A DNA stretch of 64,000 bases, from contig JAWBTQ010000003.1 of NCBI GenBank assembly GCA_038841535.1, positions 64,001 to 128,000 on the forward strand, in the 5' to 3' direction. The notes beneath the pieces are model-generated. The model ran no database searches. It worked only from the letters and a program-made list of their open reading frames with translations, and was not told where the DNA came from. The translations under genes were made by a program, and so were the position numbers. Each line of letters begins with the position of its first letter. Within the stretch, counting starts at the first letter, position 1. The DNA comes from Sulfolobales archaeon. GTDB lineage: Archaea; Thermoproteota; Thermoprotei_A; Sulfolobales; NBVN01. Of this stretch, positions 29,445-39,271 are shown piece after piece.

Positions 29445-30407
29445 ATCAGGCAGTGCGATATATGTGGTGAGACTGGAGCCAGAATTGTACAGAAACATAC
29501 CAGAAGGGCTTTTTGCGACAAGTGCTTTAGAGAGGACTTACTCAAAAGACTCAAAGACGAGGTACTTAGGTATAACATGTTTACTCCCGGCGAGAGTGTA
29601 CTTCTAGCTCTCTCGGGGGGAAAGGATAGTTACGTACTCTTAGACCTCATCAGAGAAGTACATGACGTGAGTAAAATAGGTGTGGTAACGATAGTAGAGG
29701 GAGTAGAGGGGTATAATAGAGTAGATGACGTGGCTTGGATAGTGGACATCACCAGAAGCTACGGTATAGACCTACATCTAACGTCTTTTAAAGAGTTCGT
29801 AGGGCTCAGTCTCGATGAGCTAGTCTCGCTAGATAGGTCTAGAGAAGTGAGGGCTAGTCCCTGCACTTACTGTGGTGTACTAAGAAGAAGGATAATCAAT
29901 TATTACGCTAGAACCTTAGGCTACGATAAGGTGCTAACAGCACATAACCTAGATGACGAAGTTCAGACTTACATAATGAATCTACTCAGAGGCGATAGAG
30001 GAAGACTGGTCCAGAACCATCCTATGAGTTCTACTCTAAGTAGATACTTCGTTAAAAGAGTTAAGCCCCTTAGAAAGATATATGAATGGGAGACAGCAAC
30101 TTACGCCTTTATGAGAGGATACAAGTTTCAGGTAACGGAGTGTCCATATATAAGATTCAGACCGACCTTGAGAGCTATAATACGTGACTACCTTTACGAA
30201 GTCGAGCAACTGAAACCGGGTTCTCTCATTAAAATACTTGAGGCAGTAGATAGGTATATTGAGACGGAGCTACTGAGGTGGGTATCGCAACTAAGTGAGT
30301 TGCCGCAATGCTCGATATGTGGATCTCCTACAGCTTATGGTAGAAGCATGTGTGTAATATGTGACTTACTAAGAAAGATCGGGGTCACCACTCGACTACC
30401 TTTTTAA
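29445..30407 (+). CDS. TtuA/Ncs6-like tRNA thiolation PP-loop protein (TIGR00269 family)
   Basis: SGGKDS, CTYCGVLRR, AHNLDDE, ECPY, C-terminal Zn finger; N-terminal Zn finger (CDIC...CDKC) lies upstream of ATG 29577, implying an ATC start at 29445. Confidence 0.9.
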   Translation: MRQCDICGETGARIVQKHTRRAFCDKCFREDLLKRLKDEVLRYNMFTPGESVLLALSGGKDSYVLLDLIREVHDVSKIGVVTIVEGVEGYNRVDDVAWIVDITRSYGIDLHLTSFKEFVGLSLDELVSLDRSREVRASPCTYCGVLRRRIINYYARTLGYDKVLTAHNLDDEVQTYIMNLLRGDRGRLVQNHPMSSTLSRYFVKRVKPLRKIYEWETATYAFMRGYKFQVTECPYIRFRPTLRAIIRDYLYEVEQLKPGSLIKILEAVDRYIETELLRWVSQLSELPQCSICGSPTAYGRSMCVICDLLRKIGVTTRLPF

Positions 30408-30466
30408 TGCGGGCATAGCTCGTACCGCACTACTTCACTAGTAATGAGCAGAAGCCACGACATTCC

Positions 30467-32290
30467 CTACGACTCCCTCTCATCCTCAGCGGGCTTAGTG
30501 TAGTAGTACTCCCCAACGCTCTTGAGGTACCTGTCTAGGTAGGAATCAGGCTTGTTGACCCTTGGTCTCCCGGTTTTTACGTCTCGCCTAAAGGTTACTT
30601 CGAGCTCTTTAAGAAGCATATTCATTCCTTTTCTCACGTCTACAGGTCCGATGCTCTGCCCACTAATTCCCGGCTCGCCCGAGAAGACTATAAGTCTGTC
30701 GGATATGTAGTCTATTAACATGAGGTCGTGGTCTATGACTAAGCACGCAGTTTTCCTTCCCTCGATTATCTTCCTAATAGCTTTTGCTACAGCCAGCCTC
30801 TCATCTACATCAAGAAAGGCTGAAGGCTCGTCGAGAACGTAGAGCTCCGAGTCTCTAGCTAGAGCTATAGCTATCGAGAACTTCTGTAACTCACCACCAC
30901 TTAGCTCCTTTATCCTCTTTTCTTTAAGCTTATGTAGCTTGAACTTTCTAATCACCTCCTCCGTAAACCACTCGCTTGAAGCTATTCCGTCTTTTGCCAC
31001 GCTCTCTAGAGCATCACCTACGTACTCCCATGGAAATGTCTCTCCCTTAATGTACTGAGGCTTATAGGATATTCTTAACCCTCTGAACGGGACGTAACCG
31101 TAGTCTGGCTCGATTTCACCGACTATTAGGCGGGCAAAGGTGGTTTTACCTATTCCGTTAGGACCTACGACTCCTACAACCTCTCCTACTCTCATCTCTC
31201 CCTGACCAGCGCGTAAAGTAAAGCTGTCTAGTACTTTAATCATATCTGACCACGTTAAGTATATCTGCTTGTAACCTAACTCCACTACACGCTGTTCAGG
31301 TTTCGTATTGAAGACTACAGGCTCCGGACGTATCCTCATGTTCTCTGCAGGCAAATATCCATTAAGGAAGTGATTAACTCCTGAACCTACGGAATATACT
31401 CTAGAGTATATTCCGTAAACTCCGGGCTCACCGTATACGACAGAGACGAGGTCTGCGATGTAGTCTACCATGGCCAGGTCGTGCTCGACAACAATAGTGT
31501 ATGCCTTACTCGGTACGTACCTTCTTATAGCTCTACTTACCCTTAGCCTCTCTCTAACATCTAGGTAACTAGCGGGCTCGTCGAATACATAGACATCAGC
31601 ATCCCGAAGAAGTGCAGCTATTACTGCTACTTTCTGCAGCTCTCCACCACTTAGTGTGGATATCTTCTTTTCCATCAGGGGCTCGGCATCAAGAACCTTC
31701 ATAAGCTCCCCCAAAATACCTCTCTCATCTATTCTCTCAAGCACCTCTTTAGCGTACCCTTTGATGTAAGCTCTTATCATATCGACATGCTGTATCTTGT
31801 GTACAACCCTAATTCTCCTATTTACTAGTTTTGAAAGGTAATTATGGAGTTCTGAACCCCTAAAAAACCTGAGAGCCTCTTCCCAGCTAGGCTTGGAGTC
31901 GACCATGCCTAAGTTCGGAACGAGTTCACCAGCGAGTATCCTAAGTGCCGTCGTCTTGCCTATGCCGTTTCTGCCAATAACTCCGACTACTTTACCCTCG
32001 TGTGGTATTGGTAGCCCGTATAGCTTGAAAGCGTTTAGTCCATACCTGTGAACAACGTGTTTTTCTAGCTCGTCCGGTAGGTTTACTACAGTAATAGCCT
32101 GAAATGGGCACTTCTTAACGCAGATCCCGCACCCTACGCACGCGTCTTCGTATATTACCGCTTTACCCGGGTCCTGCGGAACCTCTATAGCTTTTTTTCC
32201 GATCCTGTTGATTGGACAGAACCTGACGCACTCCAGCTGGCATTTTCTTGGGTTACACAAGTCTCTCTCAATAGACGCTACTCGAACCAA
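30467..32290 (-). CDS. rli: ribosome recycling ATPase ABCE1/Rli1
   Basis: N-terminal 2x[4Fe-4S] Cys motifs, two ABC domains with LSGGELQ, RPRVNK. Confidence 0.97.
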   Translation of the reverse strand: MVRVASIERDLCNPRKCQLECVRFCPINRIGKKAIEVPQDPGKAVIYEDACVGCGICVKKCPFQAITVVNLPDELEKHVVHRYGLNAFKLYGLPIPHEGKVVGVIGRNGIGKTTALRILAGELVPNLGMVDSKPSWEEALRFFRGSELHNYLSKLVNRRIRVVHKIQHVDMIRAYIKGYAKEVLERIDERGILGELMKVLDAEPLMEKKISTLSGGELQKVAVIAALLRDADVYVFDEPASYLDVRERLRVSRAIRRYVPSKAYTIVVEHDLAMVDYIADLVSVVYGEPGVYGIYSRVYSVGSGVNHFLNGYLPAENMRIRPEPVVFNTKPEQRVVELGYKQIYLTWSDMIKVLDSFTLRAGQGEMRVGEVVGVVGPNGIGKTTFARLIVGEIEPDYGYVPFRGLRISYKPQYIKGETFPWEYVGDALESVAKDGIASSEWFTEEVIRKFKLHKLKEKRIKELSGGELQKFSIAIALARDSELYVLDEPSAFLDVDERLAVAKAIRKIIEGRKTACLVIDHDLMLIDYISDRLIVFSGEPGISGQSIGPVDVRKGMNMLLKELEVTFRRDVKTGRPRVNKPDSYLDRYLKSVGEYYYTKPAEDERES

Positions 32291-32384
32291 TAAACCACCC
32301 CGCAGTAGCTAGAAAAACCGATACAGCCTGTGTAGTAGAGGTAGAGATCTAAACTTAAAAACAGCTTACATAGGGAGAACGGAG

Positions 32385-32471
32385 TTACTCTTCCTCTTCT
32401 TCCCACTCTTCCTCTTCTTCCTCCTCCCACCACTCTTCCTCTTCTTCCCACCACTCTTCTTCCTCGAACAT
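32385..32471 (-). CDS. 28-aa Glu/Trp-rich small protein MFEEEEWWEEEEEWWEEEEEEEWEEEEE
   Basis: ATG with GAGTGA SD-like element, BRE/TATA (AAAAACTTATAA) upstream, GAA/GAG variation confined to the third codon position. Confidence 0.65.
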   Translation of the reverse strand: MFEEEEWWEEEEEWWEEEEEEEWEEEEE

Positions 32472-32529
32472 AGGTGGTCACTCAACTAACCCCTCTAGTT
32501 AAATCTTATAAGTTTTTAGGGTGAAGCAG

Positions 32530-33282
32530 CTATGAGAGGATCCTGAGAATTCCGGAAGCGAGTCTGCTTATCGCTTCATCAGGCGCTTTCTCGGGTTCAG
32601 CTGGGGAGTTACAGCAACTAGCGATAGCGCGTAAAAAGATGTCTTCAGTTTCGGTAGCTCCCGGTAAACAGGCGTGTATAGCAACGTATTCTTCTGTCCG
32701 CCCACTCTTGATAAGATTGAGCACACTGCCTATCTGCCTGTCCCCAAAGTAGTAAAGCAGAAACTCCAAGGACTTCTTCTTACTCACGTTAAGTCCGAGC
32801 TCCATAGAGCGCAGTGCTAAGTAAGCTACTAAAGCTGAATAGCTAGCTCCGTAATAATACCTCCTTGGTACTACTTGAGCTACACACTCAGAGTTAACCA
32901 TGTCCACATAACCAAGCAACTTCTCTGCAAGGTTTTCATCAACTAGGCACGCAATAACCTTTATCGAGCTTATTTGGCTCAGATACTCCTCTAAAGGCTT
33001 AGCCGACCCGCCATGACTTATGGGAAGCAGCTGTATCAAGTCTCCGTCTCTCATTATGTAATCGTATCCGCCAAGAAGCTCGTAGTCCACCTCGTTAATA
33101 AACAGCATAAAGTAGGGCTTGAGTTGTCCGTCGAGGTTTATGGCTTCTCGAAGCCCTGGGACCTTCGAGGAGGTTATGGAGAGCACTTCCCTTAAGGTAG
33201 AACCTTCAGGAACTTCCATAATCACGTCTTTTGATCCGACTAGGTTCCTCAAAAACCCGTAGAGCTCTATTCTAACTTTCAT
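32530..33282 (-). CDS. ubiquitin-like (MoaD/Urm1) domain fused to KEOPS Cgi121
   Basis: Beta-grasp domain ending LLPISHGG internally, then Cgi121-like NVSKKKSLEFLLYYFGDRQI. Confidence 0.85.
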   Translation of the reverse strand: MKVRIELYGFLRNLVGSKDVIMEVPEGSTLREVLSITSSKVPGLREAINLDGQLKPYFMLFINEVDYELLGGYDYIMRDGDLIQLLPISHGGSAKPLEEYLSQISSIKVIACLVDENLAEKLLGYVDMVNSECVAQVVPRRYYYGASYSALVAYLALRSMELGLNVSKKKSLEFLLYYFGDRQIGSVLNLIKSGRTEEYVAIHACLPGATETEDIFLRAIASCCNSPAEPEKAPDEAISRLASGILRILS

Positions 33283-33505
33283 CCGAAACCTCCGCTTCTT
33301 GAGGAAGAACCTCTACTTTCTTAGATAACTTAACAAGACGCGTTAAGTAGCCAGCTATCTGATTCCTAAGCTTCTTAGATTTAACGTCTAGATACCTAGA
33401 TACTACCTCCTTGTTTTTCTCGAAGTCTTCTGAGACCTCACCTGGATATAGCTCCACTAGCTTCCTCGCAGTCCTCTTGATCAGCGATGTGTACACCTTA
33501 CCCAT
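33272..33505 (-). CDS. rps17e: 30S ribosomal protein S17e
   Basis: MGKVYT..IKR, DFEKNK, SKKLRNQIAGYLT. Confidence 0.96.
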   Translation of the reverse strand: MGKVYTSLIKRTARKLVELYPGEVSEDFEKNKEVVSRYLDVKSKKLRNQIAGYLTRLVKLSKKVEVLPQEAEVSDES

Positions 33506-33769
33506 ACTTCCGACTACCCAAATAGCTTATAGCAACAAGTTTTTAAGCTAAACCCGTTAGTGGGGTAGGAAGAACCATAAACGTTGGCTAAGTAGTACGC
33601 GAACACTTTTCTTCATATACTTTGATTGTCTAAGAGTGTGTGGAGGCGGTATTCGCTGGTGATGCTCTGTAAAACCGTGGAGTAGATGAGTCGACTAGCG
33701 TGTGAGCTGTTTTGCACCTATTTCGCGGTTAATAGTTCTTGCTTCCCCTATTCAGCGGTGTAGTGTGTA

Positions 33770-35092
33770 GTGGTTAACATAAAACCTGGAGATTTGATCA
33801 GAGTAATCACTAGCGGGGGGTTAGTAGTAGAGGGGGTAGTACTGCCGTCAACGGAGTTTACATCTGAGAGACACGTAGTGCTGAAGCTTTTAAATGGCTA
33901 TAATATCGGTGTATCTTTAGAGAACGCCGTTGTCGAAGTTATAGCAGAAGATTACTTAAAGCCAGGATCTCTCGAGGGACCGCAGGGAGTCACCGTGATC
34001 AAGGGTGGGGGACGGCTTAGAATAGCCTTCGTTAGCACTGGTGGAACTATTGTGAGTAAGGTTGAGTATGAAACAGGTGCGGTTAAGCCCGCACTAAACG
34101 CTGGTGACTTAGTGGAGTTTGTGCCAGAGTTGCGAGAGCTAGCTGAAGAGATAGTAGTCTCAGACTTTATGAGAAAACTAAGTGAAAACATGACACCTGA
34201 GGACTGGTCTCGCATATCAGAAGAGGTTAGTAAGTATCTGAGGTCTGGGGCAGATGGAGTAATTGTTGCTCACGGAACTGATACCATGGCGTACACAGCT
34301 GCGGCACTAGCTTTTTCCCTCAGAAACCTTGGGAACCCTGTGGTTTTAGTTGGTGCCCAACGGAGTAGTGATAGACCAAGTACTGATGCTTCTTACAATC
34401 TCAAGGCGTGCCCAGTAATCGTTAAAGAAGCCCCGTTTGCTGAAGTAGTTGTAGCTATGCATGGAAGTAGCGACGATGTCTATGTACTTGCCCACAGAGG
34501 TGTTCGAGTTAGGAAGATGCACTCGAGTAGAAGAGACGCTTTTCAGTCAATAAACGACCTGCCTCTTGCTAAAGTTTACGTTAGAGAGAAAAGGCTTGAA
34601 GTAATAAATAAAAGCTATTTACCTAGGACTAGGAGTTCCGAAGTACTCTTAATGAACAAGTTCAGTAGTAAAGTAGCCCTTCTTAAGCATTATCCAGGGA
34701 TAAACTGCGAGATCATAGACTACTTCGTAGACAAGGGTTACAGAGGGATAGTAATCGAAGGCACAGGATTGGGTCACATTAGGGAAGAATGTGTAGATAG
34801 AATTAAGAGAGCTACAGAGGAAGGCGTTATCGTAGCTATGTCTACTCAAACAATATTTGGACGCGTAGACCTCGATGTCTATACGACTGGTAGAAAGCTC
34901 CTTAAGGCCGGGGTGGTGCCTACTAACGATATGCTACCTGAAGTAGCTTTCGTGAAGCTCTCATGGCTTTTAGGAAACTACCCCGGGGAAGATCCTGCTG
35001 AAATAGGCTCTAGACTCATCACGAACTTTGTTAACGAAATAGGTGGGGTTCAAAGTCTATCAGTTTTTCCGAGGTGGCACCATGGAAATTGA
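33770..35092 (+). CDS. gatD: Glu-tRNA(Gln) amidotransferase subunit D
   Basis: TGGTI, HGTDTM, GAQRSSDRPS, RKMHSSRRDAF. Confidence 0.97.
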   Translation: MVNIKPGDLIRVITSGGLVVEGVVLPSTEFTSERHVVLKLLNGYNIGVSLENAVVEVIAEDYLKPGSLEGPQGVTVIKGGGRLRIAFVSTGGTIVSKVEYETGAVKPALNAGDLVEFVPELRELAEEIVVSDFMRKLSENMTPEDWSRISEEVSKYLRSGADGVIVAHGTDTMAYTAAALAFSLRNLGNPVVLVGAQRSSDRPSTDASYNLKACPVIVKEAPFAEVVVAMHGSSDDVYVLAHRGVRVRKMHSSRRDAFQSINDLPLAKVYVREKRLEVINKSYLPRTRSSEVLLMNKFSSKVALLKHYPGINCEIIDYFVDKGYRGIVIEGTGLGHIREECVDRIKRATEEGVIVAMSTQTIFGRVDLDVYTTGRKLLKAGVVPTNDMLPEVAFVKLSWLLGNYPGEDPAEIGSRLITNFVNEIGGVQSLSVFPRWHHGN

Positions 35093-36986
35093 TTACAGGA
35101 GCCTAGGGCTTAAAGTAGGTCTGGAGATACATCAGCAGCTGGATAGCAAGTTCAAGCTGTTCTGCGCTTGTCCGGCGAAATTAGCACCCGAAGAATCTAA
35201 GCACCACGAAGTAGTCCGCAGTTTATGGTTAAGTAAGTCTGAGTTGGGAGAACTTGATCCTGCCGCAGTCTACGAGATCGCTAAAGGTAGAAAAATAATC
35301 TACAGAGTTCCGGAAGGGTATGCGTGTTTAGTCGAACTCGATGAAGAGCCGCCGCACGACATAAATAGGGAAGCTTTACTTATATCTCTATCTATAGCTA
35401 AAGCCTTAAACGCTAAACCTGTTGACGAGATCTATGTTATGAGGAAGATCGTTGTAGATGGGTCAAACACAGCAGGATTTCAGAGAACAGCAATAATAGC
35501 TCTTGGAGGTTATGTCGAGGATGAGGAGGGAGTAGTTGGAATCCAAACGATAGCTCTAGAAGAAGATGCTGCTAGAAAAGTAGGTGAAGGACCCGATTAC
35601 GTCGTCTACAACCTCGATAGGCTCGGGATACCCCTCGTCGAGATAAGTACGGCACCCGACATTAGGACTCCAGAACAAGCTCTTAGAGTGGCATACAAGA
35701 TAGGGCTTATAATGAGGTTGAGTGGCAGAGTTAAAAGAGGTATAGGTACGATAAGGCAAGACCTAAATATATCTATAGAGAAAGGAGAGAGGATAGAGGT
35801 AAAAGGAGTTGAAAAGCTAGAGCTGATCCCCAAAGTAGTAACCTATGAAGTAGTTAGACAGCTTTCTTTACTGAATATAAGAGACGAGCTTTTCAAGAGG
35901 GGCTTAAAACCTGGCGACATACCTGAGTCTTTCATCGATGTAACTGAGTCTATGAAGAGTTGTGGGAGCAAGATGGTAAGAACTAGCATAGAGAAAGGCT
36001 TGAGGGTCTACGCCTTACCGCTACCAGGCTTTAAAGGGATTTTAGGTACGGAGGTCTGTCCAGGTAGAAGATTCGGTACGGAGCTATCCGATTACGCAAA
36101 AGCTTGGGGGGGTGTTGGTGGGATAATTCACAGCGATGAACTCCCGGCTTACGGAATCTCTGAACGGGATCTAGATGCTGTATACAGATACCTAAGTTTA
36201 AGTCGAGATAGAGACGCGTTCATCTTGGTAATAAGCGACTGCGAGAAAGCGGAGAGGGCCTTTAGAGCCATCGTGGAGAGACTTAGGTACGCATTCGTAG
36301 GTGTTCCTAAGGAGACTCGCGGAGCGAATCCAGACGGCACTACTAGGTACTTGCGCCCACAACCAGGTGCGGCTAGGATGTATCCAGAAACAGACATACT
36401 CCCGATTAGAGTAAGTCGTAAGCTGTTAAAGGAAGTAGAGAGACTGGTCATACCTAAACCTGAAGACGTATTTAAGACTCTAGTTGAGGAACACGGGCTA
36501 TCTCGGGATCTAGCGTCTCAGCTTATCAGAGATCCTGTTCTACACCTCTATTTAGACCTAGTCGAGGAGTTAAGAGGAGTAACCAGTCCGCAGATAATTG
36601 CTACAACTATAGTCGTTCACATGAAGTCCCTGAAAAGAGAGGGTATTGAAGTAGATAAAGTAGGTTACCCAGAATTAGCTAGAATCCTGAGTGCGGTAGG
36701 TAGAGGAGAGCTAGCTAAAGAAGCTATTCCTGAGGCCATCAAAGCGGTCGCTTCAGGAACCAGTCTTGAAGACTTGTTGAAGTCATTTAAGATGATGAGT
36801 GCTGAAGAAATAGAGAAAATCGTCGAAGACGTAATAACGTCTAACATCGAGCACATAAGAGCTAGAGGTCTCGACAAATCCGTCAGCTTAGTTATGGGTA
36901 AGGTTATGTCTATAATTAGAGGTAGAGCTGATGGTGCTCTAGTCAGCGCCATAGTAAAGAAGAAGCTTCGGAGTTTCTTCGCATAG
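35082..36986 (+). CDS. gatE: Glu-tRNA(Gln) amidotransferase subunit E
   Basis: GLEIHQQL, RKIVVDGSNTAGFQRT, IRQDLN, ARMYPETD; ATG 35082 has a GAGGTG SD. Confidence 0.97.
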   Translation: MEIDYRSLGLKVGLEIHQQLDSKFKLFCACPAKLAPEESKHHEVVRSLWLSKSELGELDPAAVYEIAKGRKIIYRVPEGYACLVELDEEPPHDINREALLISLSIAKALNAKPVDEIYVMRKIVVDGSNTAGFQRTAIIALGGYVEDEEGVVGIQTIALEEDAARKVGEGPDYVVYNLDRLGIPLVEISTAPDIRTPEQALRVAYKIGLIMRLSGRVKRGIGTIRQDLNISIEKGERIEVKGVEKLELIPKVVTYEVVRQLSLLNIRDELFKRGLKPGDIPESFIDVTESMKSCGSKMVRTSIEKGLRVYALPLPGFKGILGTEVCPGRRFGTELSDYAKAWGGVGGIIHSDELPAYGISERDLDAVYRYLSLSRDRDAFILVISDCEKAERAFRAIVERLRYAFVGVPKETRGANPDGTTRYLRPQPGAARMYPETDILPIRVSRKLLKEVERLVIPKPEDVFKTLVEEHGLSRDLASQLIRDPVLHLYLDLVEELRGVTSPQIIATTIVVHMKSLKREGIEVDKVGYPELARILSAVGRGELAKEAIPEAIKAVASGTSLEDLLKSFKMMSAEEIEKIVEDVITSNIEHIRARGLDKSVSLVMGKVMSIIRGRADGALVSAIVKKKLRSFFA

Positions 36987-37126
36987 CGAGAGTAAGTGCT
37001 TAACTCTTCAAGACAAACTTGTTTGCCGAATTAGCGGTACTCGAGTGGAGTCAGCAGCTATTTTGGATAATGCTTATCGAGGTTTCTGCTCTGTTTTGTT
37101 AGTGTGGGTGTGAGCTCTGCTTCGTT

Positions 37127-37324
37127 AGGGGTTCAGCTCTCGTGTTTTATATGGGTTGACTTCATCGCCTCGTCTTTCCCCCACACCCTGCTCGGGGTTC
37201 TCATCGAGCTTTGGGGCGTTCAAGGCGGCCCCGGGCACTCCACATCTTGGTGGTTGCCCTCGGGGAGAGTCCGCACCTCATCTACGGGACTCTTACCCCC
37301 TCATCGTGCAGCCTCTATACATCA
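37127..37324 (-). mobile_element. non-autonomous tnpB-derived mini-element/omegaRNA-like repeat, copy 2
   Basis: Homologous to 412-603 and 59131-59328; minus frame reads PRCGVPGAALNAPKLDENP, recalled as a TnpB C-terminal tail. Confidence 0.6.
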
Positions 37325-37568
37325 ATCAAACAGAGACACTCGTAAGCGTTTCCGCAGCGTCTATAGAGCAGCACAAACCATTACGAACCCAAAACAGTTG
37401 CTTAAAGCTCAAACGGCACTCGCGACATCAAAGGAATTAGTAGCTATGGTGGGTACAGCGAGCTGTGGAGTCTGGGTGCAACCCACCCTAGGAAAACACG
37501 AAACAACTTTAGGGTAGAAAAAGTCTTCGAGGCTCTAGAGGGAAAATTGAGTCTTTAACTTACCTCTC

Positions 37569-38159
37569 TTAGGGGGATACTGTAGTGAGAGTTACTTGTG
37601 TTATCTTTCTTACTTCACCTAGAAACCTTTGCGAGTTACGGACTACTCTCAATAATCTCCTGATGTGGGTTTTACTTAGGCCCAGCTGCTTGGAGAGTTT
37701 TGAGGGATCTACGCTTCCTTCTGTAACAAGAGCATACGCTATAGCGGCTAAAGCGTATTTTGCCCGATCTGTTCTAGAGCACAACCTAGGGTACTTAGCC
37801 ATAATAGTGACTATCTTTTCTATAGTTTCATTCTTGGGTATGCTAGCTCTCCTCTTTATGACTTTAACTCTCTTTCCTAAAACTAGGTATTTACTAAAGG
37901 AATCGGAATCGACATAGAGCTGCGGTCTATACTTAATTTCCTTAAGTATCGTCAAATACTTTATTGAAGCATCACTGAGTTTTCCGAATTTCCTCACAGT
38001 AGCTGAAACTCTATCACCTAGGGGCTCTAATTCGTTTTCAAAGCTTCCTCCACTAACGTATATGAGGTCCACGACGATGCCGCACTCAGAGCACACTACC
38101 ATACCCCGAATCTCATCCCAAACTAGGGAGTTTACAGCTCTGCAGTACGGACACTCCAA
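37569..38159 (-). CDS. truncated TFB paralogue (TFB3-like zinc-ribbon protein)
   Basis: MECPYC...WD..RG.VVCSECG.VVD.IY zinc ribbon; 196 aa, lacks the two full cyclin repeats; C-terminal HTH-like helices. Confidence 0.8.
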   Translation of the reverse strand: MECPYCRAVNSLVWDEIRGMVVCSECGIVVDLIYVSGGSFENELEPLGDRVSATVRKFGKLSDASIKYLTILKEIKYRPQLYVDSDSFSKYLVLGKRVKVIKRRASIPKNETIEKIVTIMAKYPRLCSRTDRAKYALAAIAYALVTEGSVDPSKLSKQLGLSKTHIRRLLRVVRNSQRFLGEVRKITQVTLTTVSP

Positions 38160-38374
38160 GACCTATCTCCACGAGTGGTTTGAGTGTAATACCTACTGTG
38201 TCTTCAGGTAAAAGTAGTACTATCTCTGGGAGAGGTGGTTGAAAGTAAGGTAAACGAAGACCGTAGGTTGCGACCAAGTTCGATAGGGAGTGCGGCAACA
38301 TGTAGCAGTAACGCATTGCATCTGCCACGGCTTACTTATATACTTTTAGACTATATTACTCGGGCACGCTCCTG

Positions 38375-39271
38375 ATGCTTAAGGATAGATTCGGTAGACC
38401 TGCGACGCACATCCGTCTCTCCGTAACTAATCGCTGTAACTACTCCTGCGTTTACTGCCACGGAGAGGGTTTTACTTACTCGAACGAAGAACTTTCTCCA
38501 GAAGACTGGGATTTCTTCATAAGAGTGGCTACAGGGCTTGGGCTAAAACACTATAAGGTAACTGGTGGTGAGCCACTACTTTACAGTGGAATCGTAGATG
38601 TTATATCGTCAGTAAGAAAATATGGTGGTACTCCATCTATAACTACGAATGGATACTTACTGAAGGAGTTCGCAGAACCCTTATCAAGAGCGGGTATAGA
38701 TCACATTAATGTCTCACTTCATTCTTTAAAAAGAGACGTGTTTGCAGCTCTAACCGGTTACGATGCCTTAGATAAAGTGCTATCCGGAATACAGGAGGCT
38801 TTAAACTACGGAATTAAGCTCAAGATAAACTACTTAGTTCTAAAACCTAACTTAAATGAGATATGGAGCTTACTAGATTTTGCTTCAAGTAATGGTTTAG
38901 ATGTTAACGTAATTGAGTTGATTCCTCTTGGAGTGAGTAAGGAGCTATACAAATTACTTCACGTAGATCTTGATGGTATAGTAAGCTATCTCGAAACTGC
39001 AAGCATTAAGAAACACACGGAGCAGTTTCAAAACAGGACTGTCTACACTCTTCCATCAGGAATCAAAGTATACGTCATAAAAGGCTATGGAAACCCTTTG
39101 ATGTGCGCAGGTTGTTCGAGAATACGCGTTGGACCAGATGGAAAACTAAAGTTATGTATCTATAGAGAAGTGTATCTAGACCTAAAGCAATCGATTAAGG
39201 CAAGAAAAGAGTTTGAGGTTATGAATTCCTTGGCTAGAGCCATAGAAGCTAGAGAGCCATACTTTAGATAA
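38375..39271 (+). CDS. moaA: GTP 3',8-cyclase (Moco biosynthesis)
   Basis: DRFGR, CNYSCVYC, TGGEP, CAGCSRIR..DGKLKLC. Confidence 0.95.
   Translation: MLKDRFGRPATHIRLSVTNRCNYSCVYCHGEGFTYSNEELSPEDWDFFIRVATGLGLKHYKVTGGEPLLYSGIVDVISSVRKYGGTPSITTNGYLLKEFAEPLSRAGIDHINVSLHSLKRDVFAALTGYDALDKVLSGIQEALNYGIKLKINYLVLKPNLNEIWSLLDFASSNGLDVNVIELIPLGVSKELYKLLHVDLDGIVSYLETASIKKHTEQFQNRTVYTLPSGIKVYVIKGYGNPLMCAGCSRIRVGPDGKLKLCIYREVYLDLKQSIKARKEFEVMNSLARAIEAREPYFR

Noticed and set aside
32278-32481. 67-aa Arg/Gly-rich ORF in the ORF track
   Set aside because: Codon variation is synonymous only in the Glu/Trp frame, so this is treated as an alternative frame, though it could matter for translational coupling
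37104-37517. ORFs of 137 and 94 aa, and similar ones at 28832-29068 and 59112-59494
   Set aside because: They overlap IS-derived repeats and have non-protein-like composition
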